Notes: generated by a model from the letters alone, not told the origin. A stretch of DNA of 64,000 bases from Candidatus Omnitrophota bacterium (GCA_016935525.1 JAFGQU010000023.1:897-64896); one strand, 5' to 3'. Positions 1 through 9,275 are shown, counted from the first letter of the stretch. Numbers and translations: made by a program.

Positions 1-245
1 AGGTGAAAAAAACAAAAAAGAGTGGTAACTTTTACGTATTTGAGATAAAATTTCCTATTACTTATCGTACATATGTCGTCCCGAAAGGGTCAATAGCGAT
101 CGAAGGGATAAGTTTGACGGTAAGTACCGTGACCAGCAGTTTGTTTACCGTAAACGTGATCCCGTACACCTTTGACCATACAACGTTGAACAAAAAGTTT
201 CCCGGCGATTACGTGAATTTAGAGTTCGATTACCTTAAGAAATAG
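1..245 (+). CDS. ribE: Riboflavin synthase alpha chain, 3' part (truncated by window edge)
   Basis: KGSIAIEGISLTV and IPYT..HTTL...GDYVNLEFD match the second lumazine-binding repeat. Confidence 0.9.
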   Translation, partial: VKKTKKSGNFYVFEIKFPITYRTYVVPKGSIAIEGISLTVSTVTSSLFTVNVIPYTFDHTTLNKKFPGDYVNLEFDYLKK

Positions 246-295
246 CGGTTAGACTAGAGACCAGAAACTAGAGACTTTGAAAAGCATTATCATTC

Positions 296-370
296 CGGGA
301 GGTGGCTCAGCTTGGCTAGAGCGCTACGTTCGGGACGTAGAGGCCGGGGGTTCAAATCCCCCCCTCCCGA
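296..370 (+). tRNA. tRNA-Pro (anticodon CGG), CCA not encoded
   Basis: Acceptor stem CGGGAGG/CCTCCCG+A; D-arm GCTC-AGCTTGGCTA-GAGC; anticodon arm CTACG-TTCGGGA-CGTAG; T-loop GGTTCAAATCC. Confidence 0.96.
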
Positions 371-377
371 CTGACCA

Positions 378-398
378 TAGCCCTGACGGGCTGTTCTT
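378..398 (+). terminator. Possible weak terminator hairpin after the tRNA
   Basis: TAGCCC-TGAC-GGGCTG followed by TTCTT. Confidence 0.35.
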
Positions 399-816
399 GA
401 GCATTCCCTTCATCCCTCAAAAATTCGTTCTGTTCCTCAATCAACCTCCTGTTGATTGTCTCGAGAGGCGTTTGTGGTCATTGTCGGGAAGTGATTCTAA
501 TGGTCTTCATAAAGGGGTTCCACCCCTCTCTGATGCTCGGCTTGTGAGATTTTCACAAGAAGAGTAGTCCACCTCGCTCTGTCACTCCCCGAAGATTCCC
601 AGGGAAGATACGCCATGCTGTAATGCCTGACCAAATCTCTCGATACTCTATCCGCTTACCGCTAATCGCTATCCGCTACTCAATGGTCGTCAGTCTCTGG
701 TCTTTGGCTATCATCTCTTGATTACCAAACTATAGACTACAGACCGTAGACTAAAGACTATCTTTCCTCTCACCGCTATACGCTATCCTTCATAAAACAA
801 TATCCTGCCCTCTGCC

Positions 817-846
817 TTGATTTCGTATGTCTCAATATGTTACATA
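817..846 (+). promoter_or_regulatory. Putative sigma70-type promoter for the trypsin-LysM gene leader
   Basis: TTGATT-N18-TACATA with TGn extension; the same cttga...atatgttacat pattern occurs at 45189-45218 on the minus strand. Confidence 0.4.
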
Positions 847-850
847 TGTA

Positions 851-1066
851 AGGTTACACCTTTATACATAAAAGTGATGTAACCGCTACGGAACTAAACT
901 CACAATCCGGCACTCTTCGAGAGAGAGAATAAGCGACCCAACGGGAGACCTTGGGGAGATACGTCGTATTCCTTTATACAAAAAAGGGATAACGAGACAT
1001 CAATCCTCGTAAGAAACGTATACAAACCCTAAGGTAACCACGGTTGCTTTAGGGTTTTTGTTTTTT
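851..1066 (+). promoter_or_regulatory. Candidate structured 5' leader (riboswitch/attenuator-like) ending in an intrinsic terminator
   Basis: Several hairpins, two with GAGA tetraloops; repeat CCTTTATACAWAAAAG at 859-874 and 971-986; terminator at 1024-1066 lies upstream of the RBS. Confidence 0.55.
1024..1066 (+). terminator. Intrinsic terminator within the leader
   Basis: AAACCCTAAGGTAACC / GGTTGCTTTAGGGTTT stem with G-U pairs, followed by TTGTTTTTT. Confidence 0.8.
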
Positions 1067-1093
1067 ACAGGATCACGAGAGAAGGAGGGAAAA

Positions 1094-2428
1094 ATGAAAA
1101 AACGAGATGTACTCTTCTGTATATCGGTTATTTTACTTTTTATCATTTCGTGTTTTTTTGCGTATCTGGCCCAGGCCGGGGTCATGAATATGGTGGAACC
1201 GGCATATACCGCTAAAGGGACCACCTCCATGGCGGCGACCGTAAAAGCCGATACGTCGGTATCTACCTGGACGAAACCGAACACTATCGCAAATACTCTG
1301 GCCGGGATAAGTCAACCGGCAAAAACAGATTCTGTCGACAGCGGGAAAGGCGATACGGGAAGCCAGGCTAAAGTACCGGCACCTCAAGGCGGCGGCGGAG
1401 ATACCCCGAAAAACGTCGATCCCGGTAAACCGCAGGAACAACCCCAGCAAGGCGGCGGAACAAATCCTGTTCCTCCCAGCAGTGCACCTCAATCACAGGT
1501 AGTATTAATAGTCTATTTCGATCCATCACTGGACAATCCTCCCAATTCAGGGAACTATCAAGGAGGATCGTTCAGCGGAGGTATTCCCATCGGGCCTTAT
1601 ACAATCCTTACGGCCGGACATTCTGCCTCGATGATGCGGCCCGGAGATCCCCGTTCGGCTTATACGTACGGACCTTATTTCGGATCTAATTTAGGCAGCG
1701 GGATTGCTATGGACGGCGACGTCGATCATATCATTTATGCTCCCGGAAATTTAGATTTAGCTATCGTTGTATTTCGCAGTCCTATCTCCGGTGGTACACC
1801 GGTATCCATTGCTCCGGCGAATTCTCTTCAGCCGGGAGATACGGTACAGGTCTTCTTTGAACAGAATCTTGCTGCCGGATCGACTAATATTCAAGTCGAT
1901 TCTTTAGGACAGGACTCCGCGCCGGCGTATCATGGCGGGATGACTTGGGATAATTACCCGAACGCGTCATTTAGTACCTGGCAGACACCTACGGCAGCGG
2001 GAGATTCCGGATTCCCAGTATTGAACCAGTCCGGACAGGTAGTAGGAGTAGTTCACGGAGAAATAAACTATCCTATAGGAGGTAGTTTTGACCTCTTTAT
2101 GAATGTGACTCAGCCCGCAATAAACCAATGGGTCGTAAATAACGCGAATGCTCAACCAAACAGTCCTCCCCCGTCGAACCCGGCACCGGTGGTAAATACG
2201 GTACCGCAGACGAACAGCGCTCCCGTAACGAATAACGCGTACCAACCGGCAGCCCAGCCGGTCCAGCAGAATTCCGGCGGATCTACCTATACGGTACAGG
2301 CCGGAGACAATCTGTTCCGTATCGCGTTGAATCACGGAACGACGCTCGACGCGTTACGGCAGGCGAACGGATTGGGAGATTCTAACATTATCAATCCGGG
2401 ACAGGTATTGGTCATCCCCGGTTCGTAA
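1094..2428 (+). CDS. Secreted trypsin-like (S1) serine protease with C-terminal LysM domain
   Basis: AAGGAGG RBS before ATG 1094; signal peptide; P/Q/G/S-rich linkers; triad motifs LTAGH, DLAIV, GDSGFP; LysM YTVQAGDNLFRIALNHGTTLDALRQANGL...INPGQVLVIP. Confidence 0.85.
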   Translation: MKKRDVLFCISVILLFIISCFFAYLAQAGVMNMVEPAYTAKGTTSMAATVKADTSVSTWTKPNTIANTLAGISQPAKTDSVDSGKGDTGSQAKVPAPQGGGGDTPKNVDPGKPQEQPQQGGGTNPVPPSSAPQSQVVLIVYFDPSLDNPPNSGNYQGGSFSGGIPIGPYTILTAGHSASMMRPGDPRSAYTYGPYFGSNLGSGIAMDGDVDHIIYAPGNLDLAIVVFRSPISGGTPVSIAPANSLQPGDTVQVFFEQNLAAGSTNIQVDSLGQDSAPAYHGGMTWDNYPNASFSTWQTPTAAGDSGFPVLNQSGQVVGVVHGEINYPIGGSFDLFMNVTQPAINQWVVNNANAQPNSPPPSNPAPVVNTVPQTNSAPVTNNAYQPAAQPVQQNSGGSTYTVQAGDNLFRIALNHGTTLDALRQANGLGDSNIINPGQVLVIPGS

Positions 2429-2469
2429 AAAATAAGCCGAAATCCTCATCATTGACGCAATAGACAGTA

Positions 2470-2680
2470 CTGTTGACATAAATGTTCAATGCAAAACCCT
2501 AAGGGCTTTTCCCCTATTGTTTTTCTCATTGCTAAATGTGAATTGCTAATTGACCATTGATAATTTCCTATTCCCCCTAATCGCTGTCCGCTTTTTCACA
2601 TGTGACGTGTGTCGTGCAACGTGTGACTGCCTGCATAGCAGGCATGCGTGTGACTATGTGACCTTGTGTCGTGTGACCTC
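2470..2680. repeat. Mosaic intergenic repeat (AATTGCT module, CCGCT module, GTCAC module with nested hairpin)
   Basis: CTCATTGCTAAATGTGAATTGCTAATTGACCATTGATAATTTCC resembles 6158-6201 and 41562-41605; 31-mer at 2647-2677 is identical to 33536-33566. Confidence 0.85.
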
Positions 2681-2749
2681 TATAAAAATAGGTTGTCCTT
2701 GCCATTTTTATCATATAAAATGGTTTAACAATTAAATTAGGGAGATAGC

Positions 2750-3625
2750 ATGAAAATACATTTTAGATTATTGTTCGGTGTTCTGATCACCTTCTTGATC
2801 GCCTCGTTTTCTCTTCTTTACGCCCAGGAAAACATCACGATCACTACCTTCTACCCCTCCCCTTACGGGGTATATAAAGATCTTGAAACCGAAGTCCTGC
2901 ATGTCAATCCCCGCAAGGAACCTCCCTGTGAATGTATCCCTGATAATAACGGGATAATGTATTATCAGGAAGCCGTCGAAGAAAATGATGAAAACGTCTT
3001 CTATTTCTGTAACGGCGAAGAATGGATACCGATAGGATATGAAGAAGAACTGCCCGAAACCGTGCTCGGCGGGTACTATATGGGAGATGCCGAGCAATTT
3101 CTTTATGCGACCGGATCGGGAAATACCCGGATGGAGAATATCTGGCAATACGAAAGTTTCGAAGTTCAGAAATATGACCGTATTTCTCCGTTTAAAGATG
3201 AAGGCCCGTTTTTCGGGATGAAAGCGCAGTTCCGAAACATGCCGCGCGGGAACTATCTGTTTGAATGGTCGGCGGACCTCGATGTCGACCAATATCCCGG
3301 GCCGAAAAACAATATAAACAAAGCGTTACAGGCGTCCGACATGAAAGTGCAGATACGGACCGATTCGGGATGGAAGACGCTGGACAGTAGCGAGATATGT
3401 TATGACGAAGACGATAAAGATCTCCCGACCGACCCGTTATGGACGACGCCCGACACGTATTCTACCCATCATATCGAACGAGCGTTCACCATGACCTATG
3501 CCCGGGCAAACGACAAAAAGAATAAGTTCCGGGCATACCGGATAGTCGTGAATAAAAAACGCGGCGAAAATTATATGCGCGTCCGGGTACGTAACGCGCG
3601 GTTATATATTACTTATTTAGAATAA
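2750..3625 (+). CDS. Secreted hypothetical protein with N-terminal ITITTFYPSPYGVY motif
   Basis: AGGGAG RBS; signal peptide ending in YA|QE; 291 aa ORF; GIMYY...FYFCNGEEW segment. Confidence 0.75.
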   Translation: MKIHFRLLFGVLITFLIASFSLLYAQENITITTFYPSPYGVYKDLETEVLHVNPRKEPPCECIPDNNGIMYYQEAVEENDENVFYFCNGEEWIPIGYEEELPETVLGGYYMGDAEQFLYATGSGNTRMENIWQYESFEVQKYDRISPFKDEGPFFGMKAQFRNMPRGNYLFEWSADLDVDQYPGPKNNINKALQASDMKVQIRTDSGWKTLDSSEICYDEDDKDLPTDPLWTTPDTYSTHHIERAFTMTYARANDKKNKFRAYRIVVNKKRGENYMRVRVRNARLYITYLE

Positions 3626-3636
3626 ACACAAAGCCC

Positions 3637-4050
3637 ATGGCTGAACCACAGATCACCGACAAATATTCCGATCAGTTACGGTTACTTTCGATATTCCATT
3701 ATATCTTCGGGGCGCTTACGGGCTTTATGTCCTGTATCCCGATAATCCATATCGTATTAGGTATCGTGTTTGTGATGTTCCCCGATAAGATGGTCTCCGA
3801 ATCCGGCGAAACCATGCCTGCGTTTTTCGGCTGGATATTCGTGATCGCCGGGGCCCTCGCGATGGCCGCGGGCTGGGCGTTTTCGGTATGCGCGATACTT
3901 GCCGGCCGGTATCTCGTGCGGCGCAGGAAACATCTGTTCTGTATAATCGTTGCCGCGATAAGCTGTTTATTCTTCCCGTTAGGTACGGTCCTGGGAGTAT
4001 TCACTTTGATCATCATCACCAAACCGGAAGTAAAAGCGTTATTCAACTAA
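3637..4050 (+). CDS. Hypothetical membrane protein (3-4 TM)
   Basis: Hydrophobic helices and FPLGTVLGVFTLI motif; 11 bp after the upstream gene. Confidence 0.75.
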   Translation: MAEPQITDKYSDQLRLLSIFHYIFGALTGFMSCIPIIHIVLGIVFVMFPDKMVSESGETMPAFFGWIFVIAGALAMAAGWAFSVCAILAGRYLVRRRKHLFCIIVAAISCLFFPLGTVLGVFTLIIITKPEVKALFN

Positions 4051-4083
4051 ACCTTAACCTTTTTTTATCCTTCAGACTATTCT

Positions 4084-6048
4084 ATGCCTACTGATTTCAA
4101 ACTCGACCCGTTCCAGGAACAGGCTATCCAATCGGCATATGACGGAAAATCCGTGATCGTCTCGGCCCCCACCGGCGCCGGTAAGACCCTGATCGCCGAA
4201 CGGATAATCGAACATTGTTTAGAACATAATCAGGGCGTGATCTATACCGCGCCGATCAAAGCGTTAAGTAACCAGAAGTTCCGTAACTTCTCCGCCCAAT
4301 ATCCCGAAAATACCGGTATCCTTACCGGCGACGTCAGTATCAATCCGCAGGCGCCGATCTTGATCATGACTACGGAAATATTCCGTAACTCGTTACTCAC
4401 CGATCCCGAACGGATGAAAGGGCGTAAATGGGTCATTTTCGATGAGATCCATTATCTCGACGATATCGAGCGCGGTACGGTATGGGAAGAATCGCTTATT
4501 CTCCTGCCTCCCCACATGCATATCCTCGCGTTAAGCGCGACGATCCCGAATATGACCCAGCTGGTAAACTGGATATCGTCTATTCACGAGTTCCCGGTAA
4601 AGACGATCCTGGAAGATAACCGGCCGGTACCATTACATTTCTTTTACCAATGTAATAACGAGTTTTTTTCAAACCTCCACGCCCTGAAAAAATCGCAACA
4701 CCTTCAGGAACAGCTGAAAAACCGCGATTTCAGCCGCCGGCCCCGTAGAGAAGAAGAAAACGAGTCCCGGGTTAAACCGAACCGGCTGAACACGCTCATC
4801 AAACATCTTCAGATCCGTGACGCCCTGCCCTGTATGTATTTCAGTTTTTCCCGCCGGCGGTGCCAGGAATTAGCGAACGATATCCGTTCTTTCAATTTTT
4901 TAACGCATCAGGAACGCGAGGTGATCGAAAAAAAATTCAACGATCTGGTCGATCTGTTCAATATTTCCGGCGACCCGTATGTCGACGAACTGTACCCGCT
5001 CATCCGTCACGGTATCGCCTACCATCATGCCGGGCTGCTGCCCACGATGAAAGAGATCATCGAACGGTTATTCACGACCGGCCTGATCAAATGTATTTTT
5101 ACGACCGAAACCTTCGCCTTAGGCATCAACATGCCGGCCCGTACGGTAGTGTTCGATACGTTATTCAAATATTACGGCCGGTTTTACCGGTACCTGAAAA
5201 CACGGGATTTCTATCAGATCGCCGGCCGTGCCGGCCGGCGCGGCATCGATACTCAGGGAAACATCCAGATCCGTATCGATCCCAACAAAGTGGATATTTC
5301 CACGCTTAACCATATCATCTACGGCGAGTACGAACCGATATCCAGCCAGTTTAACAGCGCGTACGCCACGATCCTTAACCTTTACTCGCTGATGGGAGAA
5401 AAACTGTTCGATATTTATCCGTTATCGTTTCATTTTTACCAATCAAACGATGTCGAAAAGAAACAGGCGTTAAACCTTATGCGCCGTAAACTGAACATCT
5501 TGAAATCGTTAGGGTATATCGTAAAAGGCGGCCTAAGCCAGAAAGCCGAACTTGCCGCGAAAGTGTACAGTTACGAACTGCAGGTCGGCGAACTGTACGC
5601 GCGTAACCATCTGGAAAAACTTGACCCGGAAGAATTGTTTGTCGTGTTATGCTGTCTGGTATACGAACCGCGTAAAGGCGAACGCAAACCAAAACTGAGT
5701 AAACCGGTCCGTAAACTGCAGAAACATCTGCAGATGTTCATGCGCGATATCCATAAAGTCGAACGGTACCACCGGATCTTCCCGCAAAGTAAAGAGTTCT
5801 ATTTCCATATTGCCGAGGCCGCGAGAGCCTGGTTTCACGGTACGGATTTTTTTAAACTCTACAAATATTGCAGTATCGATGAAGGCGAGATCGTCCGGAA
5901 CTTCCGGATGACTCATCAGATGCTGAGAGAGATGAAGTTCTGCGACGTGTTGACCGACGAGTTCAAAGAAAAGATAAAGATCTGCATGAAAAACGTCAAC
6001 CGTGACGTCGTCGACGCCGAAAAACAACTGCGCCAGCCGATCGACTAG
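4084..6048 (+). CDS. Ski2/HelY-like DExH-box RNA helicase
   Basis: APTGAGKT, PIKALSNQK, DEIH, SAT, HHAG, TETFALGINMPA, QIAGRAGRRG; DSHCT-like C-terminus. Confidence 0.92.
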   Translation: MPTDFKLDPFQEQAIQSAYDGKSVIVSAPTGAGKTLIAERIIEHCLEHNQGVIYTAPIKALSNQKFRNFSAQYPENTGILTGDVSINPQAPILIMTTEIFRNSLLTDPERMKGRKWVIFDEIHYLDDIERGTVWEESLILLPPHMHILALSATIPNMTQLVNWISSIHEFPVKTILEDNRPVPLHFFYQCNNEFFSNLHALKKSQHLQEQLKNRDFSRRPRREEENESRVKPNRLNTLIKHLQIRDALPCMYFSFSRRRCQELANDIRSFNFLTHQEREVIEKKFNDLVDLFNISGDPYVDELYPLIRHGIAYHHAGLLPTMKEIIERLFTTGLIKCIFTTETFALGINMPARTVVFDTLFKYYGRFYRYLKTRDFYQIAGRAGRRGIDTQGNIQIRIDPNKVDISTLNHIIYGEYEPISSQFNSAYATILNLYSLMGEKLFDIYPLSFHFYQSNDVEKKQALNLMRRKLNILKSLGYIVKGGLSQKAELAAKVYSYELQVGELYARNHLEKLDPEELFVVLCCLVYEPRKGERKPKLSKPVRKLQKHLQMFMRDIHKVERYHRIFPQSKEFYFHIAEAARAWFHGTDFFKLYKYCSIDEGEIVRNFRMTHQMLREMKFCDVLTDEFKEKIKICMKNVNRDVVDAEKQLRQPID

Positions 6049-6053
6049 CTCAC

Positions 6054-6237
6054 GTCACACGACACCCGTCACATAGTCACACGTTTAAGATAAATGATCA
6101 ATGCAAAATTAGCATTTAGCAATTATCAATTAGAGCCCTATTTCTCTTATCGTACTTCTCATTGCTAAATGTTAATTGCTAATTGAAAATTGTTAATTTT
6201 CTTTATTCTATCCGCTCACCGCTATACGCTATTCGCT
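6054..6237. repeat. Mosaic intergenic repeat, uninterrupted copy (GTCAC module, AATTGCT inverted repeat, CCGCTA heptamers)
   Basis: Colinear similarity to 41395-41625 and to the reverse complement of 61160-61378. Confidence 0.9.
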
Positions 6238-6751
6238 ATTTGGGCCAGCGTTCTTCAAATACAATCTCTGAAAGAGAGAGACGGGTCTTCTCTTTGGGTG
6301 AGTCGGCCGGATATCCCAGCGTGAGCAGTTCGACTACCCGGACATCTTCGGGAATATCCAGTATTTTTTTCACCTGTTCTTCATAAAAGGCGCCGATCCA
6401 GCAACTCCCTATCCCCTCCTCGATCGCGAGGAGAGTGATATGGTCGATAATGATCGCCAGATCCAGCGGATAGCATTTCTGGCTGCAGGTCATGACATGA
6501 TGGTCGGTGACCGCGCAACAGGCAAGCACGACCGGCGCGCCGGCTACAAACTGCTGGTTACGGGCGGCCTCGGCCAATTTCATCTTTTTCGTGTTATCCC
6601 GCACCGCGACAAACCGCCATTCCTGCCGGTTCGATGCCGACGGAGCCAACCGCGCGGTATCCAGTATTTTTTTAAGCACGGTTTCTTCGATATCCCGCCC
6701 GCTATAGGCCCGTACGCTTCTTCTTTGTATTACGGCATCAGTTACGTTCAT
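6236..6751 (-). CDS. Nitroreductase family protein
   Basis: RRSVRAY, APSASNRQEWRF, GIGSCWIGAF, LGYP. Confidence 0.92.
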   Translation of the reverse strand: MNVTDAVIQRRSVRAYSGRDIEETVLKKILDTARLAPSASNRQEWRFVAVRDNTKKMKLAEAARNQQFVAGAPVVLACCAVTDHHVMTCSQKCYPLDLAIIIDHITLLAIEEGIGSCWIGAFYEEQVKKILDIPEDVRVVELLTLGYPADSPKEKTRLSLSEIVFEERWPK

Positions 6752-6773
6752 TATTTCATTCTCCTTATTTTCA

Positions 6774-6835
6774 GGTCACACGACACACGTGTTTTTTTCT
6801 TTACTTGTGACATGTGACCTTGTGACTTTGTGACC
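6774..6835. repeat. GTCAC module (inverted pair)
   Basis: GGTCACACGACACACG ... TGTGACATGTGACCTTGTGACTTTGTGACC. Confidence 0.75.
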
Positions 6836-6848
6836 TTTACTTCTGTAA

Positions 6849-8066
6849 TCAGAAGTAGTATGATTTCCGTGAGCCGCGGCGAACAACGACTATGCCGGAC
6901 GGGTCCTGATGATACGGCCCGCACCCGGCGGTGCCGCCGATATGGGTACCTTTCTCGATAGTATTGAACCGGTCGACTATGGTACGGGTGATTTTAGATG
7001 CCGCTCCGATATGGGTAAAATCAAGGATGATCGAATCTTCGATATGACAACCGGGCTCTATCGTGACCGACCGGCCGAGAATAGAATTTTTTACCGTTGA
7101 CGATACGATCTTTGAACCTTCACAGATCATCGAGTTGGTTATATTCGAGTTATCGATCAATGCCGGCGGACAATGAAGCCGTACCCCGTAGATCGGCCAG
7201 TCCCGGTTATTCAGGTCCAGCCGCGGTTCTCCCGTTAAAAGGTCCATATGCGCTTTCCAGTAACTTTCGATCGTTCCGACATCTTTCCAATAAAAACGTT
7301 CTTCATAAGGTTTCAGCCCGGGGATAAGGTTACAAGAACAATCATACGCGTATATGTTCGCTCCTCTTTTCAGGAGCGCCGGGATCACGTCTTTTCCGAA
7401 ATCGTGCGAGGTCTCTTTATGCGCGTTTTCTTCCAATGCCTGGACCAGGACATCGGTATTGAAAATATAGTTTCCCATCGATACGTAAAAATTCCCTTCA
7501 CCCAATTTTTCGGGCTTCTCTTTAAAACTTATCACTTGGGCCTTACGGTCGGTTTCCAGGACCCCGAAATGGCGTTCTTCGCCTTTGGTCAGGGGAACCG
7601 TCGCGATGGTAAGGTCCGCCCGGCGGGCATAATGAGATTCGATCATTTGACGGATATCCATACGGTACACGTGGTCGCCGCTGAATACCGCGACGATCGT
7701 CGGTTTGAAATCGTAGATAAGGTTGATGTTCTGGTATACCGAATCGGCGGTACCGCGGTACCATTCTTTTACATCTTCCATCCTCATCTGCGGCGGGACG
7801 ACGGTTAAAAAATGTTTTGACGGCATACCCGCGACACTCCAGGCGGTACGGATATGTTCGATTAACGATTGCGATTTATACTGTACCAGAAGATAGATGG
7901 AATAGATCCCGGAATTCACGAAATTACTTAACGCGAAATCGATGATCCGGTATTTACCGCCGAACGGAACCGACGGTTTGGTGCGTTCGGCCGTGAGCGG
8001 GTCAAGACGGGTACCTTTGCCTCCGGCAAGGACTAACGCGAGGATGTTACTTTCAGGAATGTTCAT
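6849..8066 (-). CDS. glgC: Glucose-1-phosphate adenylyltransferase
   Basis: LAGGKGTRLDPLT..RTKPSVPFGGKYRIIDF, WYRGTADSV, SGDHVYRMD, FKEKP, DFGKD, YWKDVGT. Confidence 0.97.
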   Translation of the reverse strand: MNIPESNILALVLAGGKGTRLDPLTAERTKPSVPFGGKYRIIDFALSNFVNSGIYSIYLLVQYKSQSLIEHIRTAWSVAGMPSKHFLTVVPPQMRMEDVKEWYRGTADSVYQNINLIYDFKPTIVAVFSGDHVYRMDIRQMIESHYARRADLTIATVPLTKGEERHFGVLETDRKAQVISFKEKPEKLGEGNFYVSMGNYIFNTDVLVQALEENAHKETSHDFGKDVIPALLKRGANIYAYDCSCNLIPGLKPYEERFYWKDVGTIESYWKAHMDLLTGEPRLDLNNRDWPIYGVRLHCPPALIDNSNITNSMICEGSKIVSSTVKNSILGRSVTIEPGCHIEDSIILDFTHIGAASKITRTIVDRFNTIEKGTHIGGTAGCGPYHQDPSGIVVVRRGSRKSYYF

Positions 8067-8074
8067 AAAAAGGT

Positions 8075-9262
8075 TTACAACTCCCGGATCTCTCCGGCTT
8101 TTACCAACGCGACTTTAGTGATCCACGGCCCGATAAGTTCAAACAGTACCGTCGTAGCTATTGTAACATTTAATATCTGGTCACCCCAGACATTATTTAG
8201 ATTATGTTTGGCGACCAGGGCGCAGGCGATCGCCACACCCGCCTGAGGCAAAAGCGCGATACCCATATACCGCTGCATGATGCCACCGGAACCGGCGGCC
8301 TTGGCTCCGATAAACGCGCCGAATATTTTACCGAACGTACGCAAAAGAATAAACGCCGCCGAGATCCCGAGCGCGACGCCTATCCCTTTAAAACTTAACC
8401 CCACGCCCGCAAGCACAAAGAAGATGATATAGAAGGGCGAATCGACCTCGCGTAACGATTCGAAAAAAGTAAAACTCATCTTATTGGTATTGGCCAGTGT
8501 CGCTCCGAACACCATACAGGATAACAGTACCGAAAGGTGCAGGGTGATCGCGATACCGATGGTAAGAAACAGAAACGCGAACGTATAGATCAGGCGGTCT
8601 TTCGCGCTGTTAATCAGATGAGAGATCCGGTTAAACAATAATGTCGCAGATAACCCCACCAGAGCTGACGCGATAATATCAAAAAACGCTTTACCCAGGT
8701 CCGTAAATATCCCGATAAACGACGGAACTCCGCCTAACAGCGACGTCGCCATCGAAAGTGAAAATCCGAATATGATCAGGCCCCAGGCATCGTCGATCGC
8801 GACGACTCCCAGTAACGTATCGGTAAATTCCCCTTTACTGCGGTATTCCTGCGCGACGGTAACGGTACCGGCCGGATCGGTGGATGAGGCGATGGCGCCA
8901 TAGACCAAAGCTACGGCAAACGGGAGACGGAAAAAATACCATAACCCGACAGTCACCAGTACCCAGGGGACCAGCGACGCGTTGATCGAGATGTTCACGA
9001 CGGAGCGGCCGACTTGCCGGATATTTCCCAGATAAAAGCTTTCACCCAGGATAAACGCGATCATTCCCAGCACTATATCCGAAAATACTTCCGACGCGCT
9101 TAAAAGTTCGCCGGAGATAATATTGAACAGGTCCGGAGAAAGCAGGATGCCTAACGCCACGTACGCGGTGATCGACGGGATCTTGAATTTCCTGACGAAT
9201 CGCCCGCCGAAAAACCCGGCGATAAATATGACCCCCAGACTCAAAATAGGATCATGTATCAT
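8075..9262 (-). CDS. Cation:proton antiporter (CPA2-like)
   Basis: About 11-12 TM segments; ASSTDPA, VVAIDDA, LLPQAGVAI; start moved to ATG 9262 to remove overlap with the CBS gene. Confidence 0.88.
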   Translation of the reverse strand: MIHDPILSLGVIFIAGFFGGRFVRKFKIPSITAYVALGILLSPDLFNIISGELLSASEVFSDIVLGMIAFILGESFYLGNIRQVGRSVVNISINASLVPWVLVTVGLWYFFRLPFAVALVYGAIASSTDPAGTVTVAQEYRSKGEFTDTLLGVVAIDDAWGLIIFGFSLSMATSLLGGVPSFIGIFTDLGKAFFDIIASALVGLSATLLFNRISHLINSAKDRLIYTFAFLFLTIGIAITLHLSVLLSCMVFGATLANTNKMSFTFFESLREVDSPFYIIFFVLAGVGLSFKGIGVALGISAAFILLRTFGKIFGAFIGAKAAGSGGIMQRYMGIALLPQAGVAIACALVAKHNLNNVWGDQILNVTIATTVLFELIGPWITKVALVKAGEIREL

Positions 9263-9275
9263 ATCTTGCTCAACG

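Noticed and set aside
277-567. 96-aa plus-strand ORF
   Set aside because: It overlaps tRNA-Pro and has no RBS or recognisable protein features.
371-620. Possible integrase remnant or tmRNA-like GGGGAGTGAC on the minus strand next to the tRNA 3' end
   Set aside because: The frame running into the tRNA has internal stops and no recombinase motifs. No duplicated tRNA 3' end (att) was seen in the window, and no tmRNA T-arm/CCA end or tag frame was found.
900-1020. Assignment as a canonical c-di-AMP or c-di-GMP-I riboswitch
   Set aside because: Only short fragments resemble the consensus, so it is kept as an unassigned candidate leader.
2598-2680. CRISPR array interpretation of the GTCAC and heptamer repeats
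   Set aside because: There is no constant repeat with unique, regularly sized spacers, and no cas genes.
2550-2735. Short ORFs over repeat mosaics (also 6183-6386, 25430-25690, 34346-34651, 60974-61207, 61324-61698)
   Set aside because: They are translations of periodic repeats or antisense frames, with no RBS or protein-like composition.
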